DNA of 29,553 bases, taken from positions 1-29,553 of IMG/VR virus record IMGVR_UViG_3300031707_000122; one strand, 5' to 3'. The position numbers and the translations under genes were made by a program. The DNA comes from a virus (lineage: Duplodnaviria > Caudoviricetes). This document shows positions 1 through 8,140 of the stretch, in pieces. Positions within the stretch are counted from its first letter, which is position 1; each line of letters begins with the position of its first letter. The notes below the pieces were generated by a model. It did no database searches. It had not been told where the DNA came from and worked only from the letters and a program-made list of their open reading frames with translations.

Positions 1-3000
1 ATGATGCGGTTAGCCAAAAATGCTTTATCGGAAACAGAAAGAAAGATTTTAGAAGATCCAAACACGGATATTACCGGACGATTCAAAACTTATCTGGACC
101 AAGGATTGGTTGAACAAAGTCCTCAAGTATATTATGGTCTTAGTCATCCAAGTGAATTTTTTGCTCAATTATCTCGTCCAGAATTCAGAGATTTTCTACG
201 GGCAATTCCCGGAATAGAAAAGCCAGTTAAACGAAATCTCTTGGAGCGAATTATCGATTGGGCCAATCGCATTCTTTTCGGTCCTAAAGATAATCACACC
301 CTCCTATCCAATCTTTTTGAAAAGATGGGCGAAATTGGGGAACGCATAAGCCCGGAGGAACTACAAAAATGGAATGATCGGAATCAGATGGCGCAGCAGA
401 CTTCCGATCTTAAAACTCTTTTACCGGAAACGAGAAGTATTCTCCCGGAAATCGCCGCCGCAAACCTGGAGAATACCGATCAGTATATCAGTCATCGGGC
501 AGCAAGCAACCCAGATTTCATGCGGTGGGTCAAAAACAAAGTGGGATATGGGTATATCACCAATAAAGACTTGAACGTCTGGGAACAGAATCTTTCCCTA
601 CCATGGCATATTCGGAAGAGATTCCCTCTCTATGGTCTCATGGTAGATGATCAACTTAAACGTGAGCAAAATAGATCGAATGGAGTTGTCGAATTCAAAG
701 AGGCCACAAATCCATTCCTGAATCTACAGGATGGCCAGGAATTGCTGAAAGTCGAAAGGGCACTGTCTCAAGGCGACAAAGATAATGTCGTTTATGATAA
801 TGATCAATTGACCAATCGATTCGGTCTTTCGGATGCCGGCCTGGAAGCCTACCATTCCGTCCGAAACACACTCAATATACTTTTACAACGCAAAGTAGAT
901 CATGTTGAAACCATGCTCTTACGGCCATACGAACGCACTTTATCCGATGTAGAATTTGCCCAACTCCAGGAGAACTATGAGAAAGATCTTACCGCAGAAG
1001 AGAAGGCTGCACTGGAACCCACGGTTGTCAAGATCATCGATAAACTTCAAAAACCCATAAATCTTCTTCGTAAAATCCGATCGGATATTCAAGCATTCAA
1101 AGGATATTTCCCGAGAGAAAGGGAGAAAGGCGCCTTCTATGTTTCCGTTTGGGTAACTGAAAATGATGCCCAAGGGAATCCCCATGAGGTCCCAGCTTAT
1201 TTCGGATTCAAAAATAGCCAACGCGAAACGATGGATTTAGTCAAAGAACTTAAAGCAAAATATCCCGACGCCAAAGTTAATTATGGCCGATGGACACAGG
1301 AACCCGAGAGTGCCTTCTTTGGACTGTCTGATATGAATCTCATGCGCTTCATAGATAATGCCATTGAGAAACTTAAATCGGGACGACAGATTGATGAAGC
1401 GACACAGGAAGGTTTACGGAATGCCTTAGCTCAAGGCGTAGGCGAAATGCTTCTGGCCCGGGGTGCCGGGGCCCATCAGATTCACCGGAATCCCCGATTA
1501 ATCGAAGGTTATAAAACCACCGGACTCAAAGAAGTCCTGATGAACTACATCACGGGATATATGGGGGCCGAGACCAAGCAAGAGGCCGCCTTTGACTTCA
1601 TGGATTCCTTGCAGACGGTCCCTAAAGATCAACCCAACTTATTTGAAGATATGGCTCACTACGCCAGCAGCATGCTTCGTAATTTTGAGTCCATGGATCG
1701 ATCCATGGCCAAGGCCCGGGCATTCGCCGCTATCTGGTATCTGGGCGGATCTGCCCGGTCAGCCGTTCTGAACTTTACTCAGAACTTCGTCCAGGGAATT
1801 CCCTTCCTGGCCCGGATTATGAAACCTCTCGGTAAGGGTCCATTGGCCGCCGAACGAATCTATATTAAGGCCATGTGGGATGTTGCTATGGGTCATGGAA
1901 CCGATGAAGAAAAATTAATGGTTCATGGGATGGTAACATCGGGAATCGCCAATGATCAACAAATCCGGCAGATCTCTCGGGAAATGCGCGGAGGAACACC
2001 CGGAGTCATCGGCAATGTCATGGATATTCTGATGGCCCCCTTCTCCCTGGTCGAAAAGTTCAACCGTAAAAGTGCGGCCCTGGCTGCCTATCGAGCCTAT
2101 CAGGAATTAGGATTGAACGGCGAAGAGCTTTTCCAAAAGACGCGGGATTACGTCTATGATGTCCATAACCTTATGACCCGGGCAAATCTGCCCCATGCCA
2201 TGAGGGGCGGAGACCTCGCCTCGCAACTCCTAGGAACGGCCTATACATTCCGCAGATTCAATCATAACTACATCCTGGCCATGATCTATTCTCTACGGGG
2301 ACCGGATGGTAAAATCAGTCTCAAAAATTCGGATGTTCTAATTCGATCTCTTGCTTGGTTTGCGGTCCTTGGCGGGATGACGGCGCTTCCATTTCTAGAT
2401 GATATTCTCGATGAATTGGAAAAGTTCTTTGGTCGCCCATTCCGGACGGAGATGCGCAATACTCTGCGCCAAATCGGTGGAGAACCCCTGGAGCAACTTG
2501 GAGTGGCCGGCATCCCGGCCATGCTTGGTCAGGTTCTTCCTGTAGGCGTGGATATGAGCGGATCTCTCAAGATCGGTCTTCCCTCACTCAGCGAACCACT
2601 CAAGGGAGTCGAAGAGACCGTAACGGGTGTATGGGGGGGTCTCGGGAAAAAAACCACACAGGCATATACTCAAATCGGTTTAGGACAATATCTCCGGGCT
2701 TTTGAAAATGCTTCCCCGATCTTCATAGAAAATATTCTCAAGGCGGTCCGTATGTCCACCGAAGGGGCCACAACCCCAACCGGGAAACCTTTATTTGATG
2801 TCACCGGGAAGCCAATCATGGAAACCGGAGCGGAAGCTGCGGTCCAGACGTTAGGATTTAGGCCGGAAAGAATTTCCTTGATGGCCAGGACTCACCGTGA
2901 ATTTGGAAACGTGGAATTGAACTTTTCTAATAGACGTAATGAACTCTATGCCAGTTTTAGACTGGCAAAAAATGCCGAGGAAAGACAAAGTGTGATCCAG

Positions 3001-3141
3001 GACGTGCAGAAATATAACCTGGATGCGGCAAAATTTAAGGGCGTGATCCCGATGATCAACGCCCAGGCTTTGAGACAGGCGATACTTGTGAGACCGGAAA
3101 AGAAATACCTTCTGTATGGTCATCAATTCGTCGGTCAATAA
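1..3141 (+). CDS. Giant phage polyvalent / internal virion protein, probably 5'-truncated (PLxRFG-like)
   Basis: At least 1046 aa, open at the window edge. YYGLSHPSEFFAQL resembles the tail of zincin-like domains of polyvalent proteins; GYFPREREKGAFYV and C-terminal QTLGFRP resemble PLxRFG-type proteins. Confidence 0.65.
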   Translation: MMRLAKNALSETERKILEDPNTDITGRFKTYLDQGLVEQSPQVYYGLSHPSEFFAQLSRPEFRDFLRAIPGIEKPVKRNLLERIIDWANRILFGPKDNHTLLSNLFEKMGEIGERISPEELQKWNDRNQMAQQTSDLKTLLPETRSILPEIAAANLENTDQYISHRAASNPDFMRWVKNKVGYGYITNKDLNVWEQNLSLPWHIRKRFPLYGLMVDDQLKREQNRSNGVVEFKEATNPFLNLQDGQELLKVERALSQGDKDNVVYDNDQLTNRFGLSDAGLEAYHSVRNTLNILLQRKVDHVETMLLRPYERTLSDVEFAQLQENYEKDLTAEEKAALEPTVVKIIDKLQKPINLLRKIRSDIQAFKGYFPREREKGAFYVSVWVTENDAQGNPHEVPAYFGFKNSQRETMDLVKELKAKYPDAKVNYGRWTQEPESAFFGLSDMNLMRFIDNAIEKLKSGRQIDEATQEGLRNALAQGVGEMLLARGAGAHQIHRNPRLIEGYKTTGLKEVLMNYITGYMGAETKQEAAFDFMDSLQTVPKDQPNLFEDMAHYASSMLRNFESMDRSMAKARAFAAIWYLGGSARSAVLNFTQNFVQGIPFLARIMKPLGKGPLAAERIYIKAMWDVAMGHGTDEEKLMVHGMVTSGIANDQQIRQISREMRGGTPGVIGNVMDILMAPFSLVEKFNRKSAALAAYRAYQELGLNGEELFQKTRDYVYDVHNLMTRANLPHAMRGGDLASQLLGTAYTFRRFNHNYILAMIYSLRGPDGKISLKNSDVLIRSLAWFAVLGGMTALPFLDDILDELEKFFGRPFRTEMRNTLRQIGGEPLEQLGVAGIPAMLGQVLPVGVDMSGSLKIGLPSLSEPLKGVEETVTGVWGGLGKKTTQAYTQIGLGQYLRAFENASPIFIENILKAVRMSTEGATTPTGKPLFDVTGKPIMETGAEAAVQTLGFRPERISLMARTHREFGNVELNFSNRRNELYASFRLAKNAEERQSVIQDVQKYNLDAAKFKGVIPMINAQALRQAILVRPEKKYLLYGHQFVGQ

Positions 3142-3310
3142 CTTTATACTCATCCTTGCTCATCAGGATCTTCTTGGTCTCCTTGATGGCCTTTTCGGAA
3201 GTCGCTACAGCCAAGACTTTAAACCCCGAGTGTTCCAGGGGGCAGGCCATAATATCACCTGCAAATACTTCCTGGATCTCACTATTTTCTAAGAGCAGAA
3301 AGAACCTCAT
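3056..3310 (-). CDS. Hypothetical protein, last gene of the leftward operon
   Basis: ATGA-coupled to the upstream gene at 3307-3310; overlaps the convergent giant gene by 86 nt. Confidence 0.5.
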   Translation of the reverse strand: MRFFLLLENSEIQEVFAGDIMACPLEHSGFKVLAVATSEKAIKETKKILMSKDEYKVIDRRIDDHTEGISFPVSQVSPVSKPGR

Positions 3311-3819
3311 TCCAGACCTCCAGGTGAAGGGAATCCAAACATCTTCCCGAAAGGGTTTTGCTGCTCCGGCAATTCTACCAGAACATAATTTTCATCTCCC
3401 ATCTTGCGTATTCCGATAGACTTTCCCCATGTCTCTTTGTGATTAAGCTTAAGGGCTGCCCAAAATAGTATTCCAAGAGCCTTCGCGGTAGAGCTGAATT
3501 CCTCTACCTGTTGAGATGGCAGGAAACAACCGTTCTTTCTGACATAGACTGCGATCGAATCGGCTAACCGGAAGAGATATTTTTCCCATTGCGTAATCTT
3601 TATAGAGATCGGTGTTTCATTTGATCCTATTTCCCCGAAATTCGGTTTGTGTGTCAAAAAATGATCATAGATTTCCTGACCCAATACCTCCACGGTGTTA
3701 AAACTTAAAACTGCCTGCCATTCCACAAACGTAATCTCTTCTTGTTCCTTCTGCTCCTTCCGATCTTCTTCCTCTTCGCCCATCTTCTCAAACGGATTTG
3801 AATTGATTTGCTTCTCCAT
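3307..3819 (-). CDS. Hypothetical protein
   Basis: AAGGAGGT RBS precedes ATG 3819 (MEKQINSNPF); acidic N-terminus. Confidence 0.75.
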   Translation of the reverse strand: MEKQINSNPFEKMGEEEEDRKEQKEQEEITFVEWQAVLSFNTVEVLGQEIYDHFLTHKPNFGEIGSNETPISIKITQWEKYLFRLADSIAVYVRKNGCFLPSQQVEEFSSTAKALGILFWAALKLNHKETWGKSIGIRKMGDENYVLVELPEQQNPFGKMFGFPSPGGLE

Positions 3820-3845
3820 TTTGACCTCCTTTAAAGATCTATGTG

Positions 3846-4082
3846 TCATCCATCCCCTAAATCTAAAAGCCTCATAGTCTTATTTTGATCAAGAGGTTTA
3901 GGATCTTGCATTATAGAAGGATTAGATACCATGAGTTGAATCTGTCGATCGAGAGCACTCATTAACTTATCAACCTTCTGGGCCCCATGTCTATTTCTGA
4001 GTCTCATGAAATTATCGACCATGAGACCATAAAGGATCTGTAGAAAATCAAGCGTCTCCTGATTACTTATCTGATTACTCAA
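3846..4082 (-). CDS. Hypothetical protein
   Basis: 78 aa ORF whose start overlaps the upstream stop codon. Confidence 0.65.
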   Translation of the reverse strand: MSNQISNQETLDFLQILYGLMVDNFMRLRNRHGAQKVDKLMSALDRQIQLMVSNPSIMQDPKPLDQNKTMRLLDLGDG

Positions 4083-4338
4083 TTCGCCAGACCTTCACCC
4101 CGCCGTGGAATTTCCGGACCGTGTACTTTTTGGAATTCTTCCTCCCGTAGTATCCCAGGTGTTGGCTAATCGCTTTCCGGGCATTCTTGGTCATGTCGAA
4201 TCCCGCATCGATAAGTTGGAGATCGGTAAAGACCTCATGATCTCCGGGATTCAGGGCATATAAATTCTCCCAAAATGGATTTTGGTCTTTTTTTTCCGTA
4301 ATCCCCATCAACTTTTTAATTCTTTCCAGCCATCTCAT
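4075..4338 (-). CDS. Hypothetical protein, possible DNA-binding
   Basis: GAGGAG RBS; C-terminal YTVRKFHGGVKVWRIE resembles small phage DNA-binding proteins. Confidence 0.7.
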   Translation of the reverse strand: MRWLERIKKLMGITEKKDQNPFWENLYALNPGDHEVFTDLQLIDAGFDMTKNARKAISQHLGYYGRKNSKKYTVRKFHGGVKVWRIE

Positions 4339-4360
4339 TTTTGCTCCTCTTCTTTCAAGA

Positions 4361-4561
4361 TTATTTTACTTCGTGTAATTTATATATTTCTTCTTGACTC
4401 TTCCCATGCGCAAACCACTCTTTTTCAGAATATTGCATTGACCAGTTATTGCCGAATTTTTTAAACATTTCTTCCCTGGCTTCATCATATGTTTTTGATT
4501 CGATAACATGAAATCCATTTTCATGGGGTTGTCCAAACCCGAAAGTAAAATAAAATCTCAT
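4361..4561 (-). CDS. Small phage protein (YFTFGxGQ motif)
   Basis: AAGGAG RBS before ATG 4561; MRFYFTFGFGQ...WSMQYS. Confidence 0.75.
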   Translation of the reverse strand: MRFYFTFGFGQPHENGFHVIESKTYDEAREEMFKKFGNNWSMQYSEKEWFAHGKSQEEIYKLHEVK

Positions 4562-4576
4562 CTTTTCTCCTTGATT

Positions 4577-4727
4577 GGGCAGACGGGTTGCTCGGCGCCT
4601 TCCACCCACAATTCACCGCTTTTCAGACGGCTGCCTCTGCCCTGGTTGCCCCCGTGCCCAGCCGCGCAATCGGCGGTTCTGGCAAGCGGCCTACCCCGAC
4701 ATCCTTGCGGTATGCCGACGGGAGCAA
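4577..4727 (-). ncRNA. Candidate structured non-coding RNA element
   Basis: Intergenic; 68 G+C in 4621-4720; UUGCUC/GAGCAA closing stem, GCCGCUU/AAGCGGU stem and two GCAA tetraloops. Confidence 0.55.
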
Positions 4728-4731
4728 GTAT

Positions 4732-4995
4732 TTATCCCATAAATCTATGATGAATTTTTTTATGGCAGATCACTTTCTTGGCTAGGGCTTTCAGGGCCCG
4801 CCCCGAGGCAATGGCCTGTCCTGTGTTGTCATTCGGTTCATCGAGATGAGATCTCCGGGCAATTCCTTCCGCACAAAAGAGTTGATCTTTGATCTTGATC
4901 TCTGCCCTGGCTACCGTGAACCATCCCCCCTGATAAACGATGGTCGGGGCCAATTCCGGATTCAGTTTCAGAAGTCTCTCTACTGACTTTTGCAT
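4732..4995 (-). CDS. DUF1876/dsRBD-fold-like small protein
   Basis: EGIARRSHLDEPNDNTGQAIASGRALKALA fits the G.AR...D.....G..IA..RAL pattern; GAGGAGG RBS. Confidence 0.6.
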   Translation of the reverse strand: MQKSVERLLKLNPELAPTIVYQGGWFTVARAEIKIKDQLFCAEGIARRSHLDEPNDNTGQAIASGRALKALAKKVICHKKIHHRFMG

Positions 4996-5013
4996 AGTGC
5001 TTTCCTCCTCGGT

Positions 5014-5598
5014 TTAATCTCGGTATAATTCCTTTTTTAATTGCCCCGGGAAATAGATATAAGCCTCTTCAAAGTTGGACAAATATCTTCCAATCCGCAT
5101 TATCCAATCACGATTACGAATGAAATTCTCAAACCTTCCGATTTCTACATTGCACTTGTAACAAAGGAGACCACGTACCTTACCCGCTTTATGGTCATGG
5201 TCAACATGCAATTCTGTTCTTCTGGTATTCCGGTCCTGTTGACCGCACAGATCACAGCAACCATTTGATGAAATTTGTAGCACATTCAATTCTTCCCGAG
5301 TGAGACCATAAAATTTAAGATATCTTCTGGTCGCCAATGTACGGCGGCTTTTTGGATTTATAGATCTTAGCCGATTTAAGCGTCTTGCCTTTTCTGGGTT
5401 AGCTGCACGTCGAAGACGTTGCCTTTCGTTTATTCTTGATCTATTGTTTTTAGCCCAAAGACTTGCCATTTCATTAAGTCTTTCTCGATTTTTATCTCGC
5501 CATCTATTCTGTCTTGCTTGAAAGGCCTCCTTATGTTTGGCGCGATATCGGCGCACTGTTTCTTTACGCCGTTCTTTTCTTTCTTCGGTAGTCATCAT
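5014..5598 (-). CDS. Endonuclease VII-family (HNH) nuclease with basic N-terminal helix
   Basis: CDLC...LHVDHDH...VRGLLCYKCN. Confidence 0.9.
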   Translation of the reverse strand: MMTTEERKERRKETVRRYRAKHKEAFQARQNRWRDKNRERLNEMASLWAKNNRSRINERQRLRRAANPEKARRLNRLRSINPKSRRTLATRRYLKFYGLTREELNVLQISSNGCCDLCGQQDRNTRRTELHVDHDHKAGKVRGLLCYKCNVEIGRFENFIRNRDWIMRIGRYLSNFEEAYIYFPGQLKKELYRD

Positions 5599-5816
5599 AT
5601 GCGGTAACGATCTTCCTCGATCGATGGGAAATGAACCTTTGCCTCAATGAATCCCAACTTATCCCCACGTCTTGCTATCCATTCTGGAGAACCATGACCC
5701 ACATAGGCCGCATAATCGCCGATTTCGCCTTCAACCAAAACCACGGTTATTTTAAACGGAGGGACACCTTCATATTCATTCGGATAACATCTTGTGTTTA
5801 TGCCGAGTATTTTCAT
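5595..5816 (-). CDS. Hypothetical protein
   Basis: ATGA-coupled at both ends; GDYAAYVG motif. Confidence 0.7.
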   Translation of the reverse strand: MKILGINTRCYPNEYEGVPPFKITVVLVEGEIGDYAAYVGHGSPEWIARRGDKLGFIEAKVHFPSIEEDRYRI

Positions 5817-5962
5817 GGTTTACTATATGTCCAAATTTCTAAAAACCAAAGGGCAACCCCCCCCACGATAAACCAACCCCAATCCCCAATTCCTAAAAGA
5901 TACCCGGCGCATCCGGTACAGATGCAGACCAAACCCATCACGTCCAGCAGATTCCATCTCAT
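5813..5962 (-). CDS. Small two-TM membrane protein
   Basis: Start at ATG 5962 (MRWNLLD) is ATGA-coupled with a purine-rich RBS; two hydrophobic stretches. Confidence 0.6.
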   Translation of the reverse strand: MRWNLLDVMGLVCICTGCAGYLLGIGDWGWFIVGGVALWFLEIWTYSKP

Positions 5963-6303
5963 TTTAAAAGCCAATCCTTCCTTAAGCATTCTGCTTCGTA
6001 CTGCCTCATAAAATTGGCGATTATCTTTGGCTCGATGTAGGCCAATCGAATAGACTTGCGCAAGGCAAAAGCCATACAGAAATCCCCAAAGGCTCCCGGG
6101 CTTCTCTGGTCCCAAACAAAATAGATCACGTCAGCCCATTCGATTTTCGCCCGATTTGCTGCCATGATCATAAGTTCAGTAACCTTGGAAGTATGATTAT
6201 CCAAAACTGGCAATACTACGTCATGCCCCTCCTCCTCCAAAGAGCATCTAAGTGTAAGCATTTTTTCTAAAAACTGCGTACTGCCCATGATTGCAATTTT
6301 CAT
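5959..6303 (-). CDS. Nucleoside 2-deoxyribosyltransferase-like (Rossmannoid) protein
   Basis: MKIAIMGS...GHDVVLP...KIEWADVIYFV...GAFGDFCMAFALRK pattern. Confidence 0.6.
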   Translation of the reverse strand: MKIAIMGSTQFLEKMLTLRCSLEEEGHDVVLPVLDNHTSKVTELMIMAANRAKIEWADVIYFVWDQRSPGAFGDFCMAFALRKSIRLAYIEPKIIANFMRQYEAECLRKDWLLK

Positions 6304-6875
6304 TCTTCTTTTACTCCCTTCGGTAATTCATCCTTTTCTAAAGTTTTTTTAAACATAAGATTCCCTGCCGTATGATAGATCACGATGCCTTCCGGTTTCA
6401 TAAATCCTGGGGCTGCATGACTACCCAGGGCCCTTAAGGTCTCTAGACCTTGATGCACAGTTGTGGTGCAGAATTCACCGCGAATAATCTCCGGTACAAC
6501 ATAACAGCAAGTTGGACGGACAAAAGGATCACCCCACCTTTTGAGATTGAACAGGGAGAATCTTTTCTCCTTGAGTCCATACCCACGCTGAATGCCCTGT
6601 CCCCACCACTCACCGAAGTGGAAACCGGGACCAAGACGCATCAGTTCTAAGACATTCCCATATGCCCATTTTGCAAATCCGTGGTTGTCATCCTCTGGAC
6701 TGATCCATCGGGAGCGAGAACCGCAGAGAAACGGAACGATTCTACCCGAGTCAGGAGTAATGGCATCAAAGTTATCGGCAATATAAATACACCCATTCGT
6801 CCCGTCGATCTTCTCCGTGATGATGCACTCCCGAGAATATCTTGGAATTTTAGAGAATCCCACAAATTCAATCAT
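6300..6875 (-). CDS. ATP-dependent RNA ligase (Rnl2-like nucleotidyltransferase domain)
   Basis: Motif I EKIDGTN, Ia SRSR, III FGEWWG, IV EGIVI, V MFKK. Confidence 0.88.
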   Translation of the reverse strand: MIEFVGFSKIPRYSRECIITEKIDGTNGCIYIADNFDAITPDSGRIVPFLCGSRSRWISPEDDNHGFAKWAYGNVLELMRLGPGFHFGEWWGQGIQRGYGLKEKRFSLFNLKRWGDPFVRPTCCYVVPEIIRGEFCTTTVHQGLETLRALGSHAAPGFMKPEGIVIYHTAGNLMFKKTLEKDELPKGVKEE

Positions 6876-7008
6876 TTGAGTTCTCCCTCTTTGGAGGCCA
6901 TTTGCCTTTTATCCAAAAAATGACGACAAAGATTAATCTTAGCTGCCTGAGTCTTCCGATTCTCTTAAACCGAAGTATGTTAGGCCAAACGAATCTTATG
7001 CGGATCAT
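6868..7008 (-). CDS. Small basic hypothetical protein (46 aa, not in ORF track)
   Basis: Hand-translated MIRIRFVWPNILRFKR...; ATGA-coupled to the upstream ORF. Confidence 0.35.
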   Translation of the reverse strand: MIRIRFVWPNILRFKRIGRLRQLRLIFVVIFWIKGKWPPKRENSND

Positions 7009-7169
7009 TCATCTGACTCCTCAATAGTGATCTTCAATTCCTTTAGGATCTTCCATGGCGAGCCAGAAAATTGACCGGACTTCACTGCCGCAAGAGCGGC
7101 TTCTGAAGTCTCGTATTCTTCCAGCCGCCAACCTTCATAGCATCCATAATCAATCGCCAAATAAACCAT
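7005..7169 (-). CDS. Hypothetical protein (54 aa, not in ORF track)
   Basis: Hand-translated MVYLAIDYGCYEGWRLEEYETSEAALAAVK...; GGGAG RBS; abuts the upstream stop. Confidence 0.7.
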   Translation of the reverse strand: MVYLAIDYGCYEGWRLEEYETSEAALAAVKSGQFSGSPWKILKELKITIEESDE

Positions 7170-7403
7170 CTATTTATTCTCCCATCCGATCAGTTTGCTG
7201 ATCTCCGGCGTGAACCCGCCAAACTCTTTCAGACGTTCCGCAATGCGATCCATAATAGGTATTTGCTTTGCTAAAAGTCTTCTAAAATTCAATCCCGGAT
7301 TACCTATTGCGGAAGATCCAGGACTCGGCAAAAATCTATACCATCGGCAAAGTTGAATCCGATCGGCCTTCTCTACTTCTTCCATAGTGGGATAGTTCAC
7401 CAT
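7170..7403 (-). CDS. Hypothetical phage protein
   Basis: WYRFLPSPG...GGFTPEISKLIGW; RBS present. Confidence 0.75.
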   Translation of the reverse strand: MVNYPTMEEVEKADRIQLCRWYRFLPSPGSSAIGNPGLNFRRLLAKQIPIMDRIAERLKEFGGFTPEISKLIGWENK

Positions 7404-7597
7404 CTCTCCCCTGATGGAGTGCTGACTACTTCCGAAATATCCGATGCGGGATAGGCGTATTGTTTATCCCAACAATCGGTCACGATGACGAAACCACCCT
7501 CAAACCTGACTTTGTTGGTGTAGCTTCCCCCTGGCCTTCCCTTATCTGGAAAGGATTTAACCGTTCCGTCTTTCATCTTGATGGAAATATCAGCCAA
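7397..7597 (-). CDS. Hypothetical protein
   Basis: AAGGAG RBS directly after the tRNA CCA end. Confidence 0.7.
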   Translation of the reverse strand: MADISIKMKDGTVKSFPDKGRPGGSYTNKVRFEGGFVIVTDCWDKQYAYPASDISEVVSTPSGERW

Positions 7598-7610
7598 TCT
7601 ATTCTCCTTG

Positions 7611-7684
7611 TGGGGTGCCCCATGGGACTCGAACCCACCTTTGCAGGGCCACAGCCTACCGTCCTACCGCTGAACGAGGGGCAC
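7611..7684 (-). tRNA. tRNA-His (GUG), CCA encoded
   Basis: Cloverleaf: acceptor GTGCCCC/GGGGCAC, D GTTC/GGAC, anticodon stem GTAGG/CCTGC with loop CT-GTG-GC, T-loop TTCGAGT, C73 then CCA. Confidence 0.95.
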
Positions 7685-7776
7685 TAAATCGCTATTTGAT
7701 ATTTCTTCTCGGGCACCAGACCCACTATTACGACCGCGACTACGCATGCAGCCAGGACGATCAATAACTTTTTCAT
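7684..7776 (-). CDS. 30 aa single-TM micro-protein
   Basis: MKKLLIVLAACVVAVVIVGLVPEKKYQIAI; AAGGAG RBS; ATGA-coupled. Confidence 0.55.
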   Translation of the reverse strand: MKKLLIVLAACVVAVVIVGLVPEKKYQIAI

Positions 7777-7958
7777 CCGTAAATCTCCTTTGCGAATTTA
7801 CCGAAGTTCGTCACTCTTAGACTGAGTTTTGCAAGAACCTCATAATCAACCCTAAACTCCCAAGCGATGTGCATAGTATCCATTGGAGAAAGCCTCATTC
7901 CCTTCTCTAAACGATACTCGATGACCTTATCTAAGGCCACTCTCCATTTGAATCTCAA
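7773..7958 (-). CDS. Hypothetical protein
   Basis: TTG 7958 with GGAGG RBS overlaps the upstream TGA. Confidence 0.55.
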   Translation of the reverse strand: MRFKWRVALDKVIEYRLEKGMRLSPMDTMHIAWEFRVDYEVLAKLSLRVTNFGKFAKEIYG

Positions 7959-8140
7959 TGTTCTACCTCCTTGGCCTCGGCCTCGATGATTCGATCTGGC
8001 TCTGCCGGATCTGGAATTTCGACCTGGATGAGGTATCTCTTGCATCCGGAACGTTTTGACCCCGGGAAATTACTGGCGAGGATCTGCATCGAAGGGTTTT
8101 TCATATATGGATAAATATCCATGTAAAGATCGACCTTCAT
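7955..8140 (-). CDS. Hypothetical protein
   Basis: ATG 8140 (MKVDLYMD) is ATGA-coupled to the SLT gene. Confidence 0.65.
   Translation of the reverse strand: MKVDLYMDIYPYMKNPSMQILASNFPGSKRSGCKRYLIQVEIPDPAEPDRIIEAEAKEVEH

Noticed and set aside
7611-7684. tRNA-His as a prophage attachment boundary
   Set aside because: It is embedded in a coupled phage operon 11 kb from the integrase, and I saw no duplicated 3' fragment.
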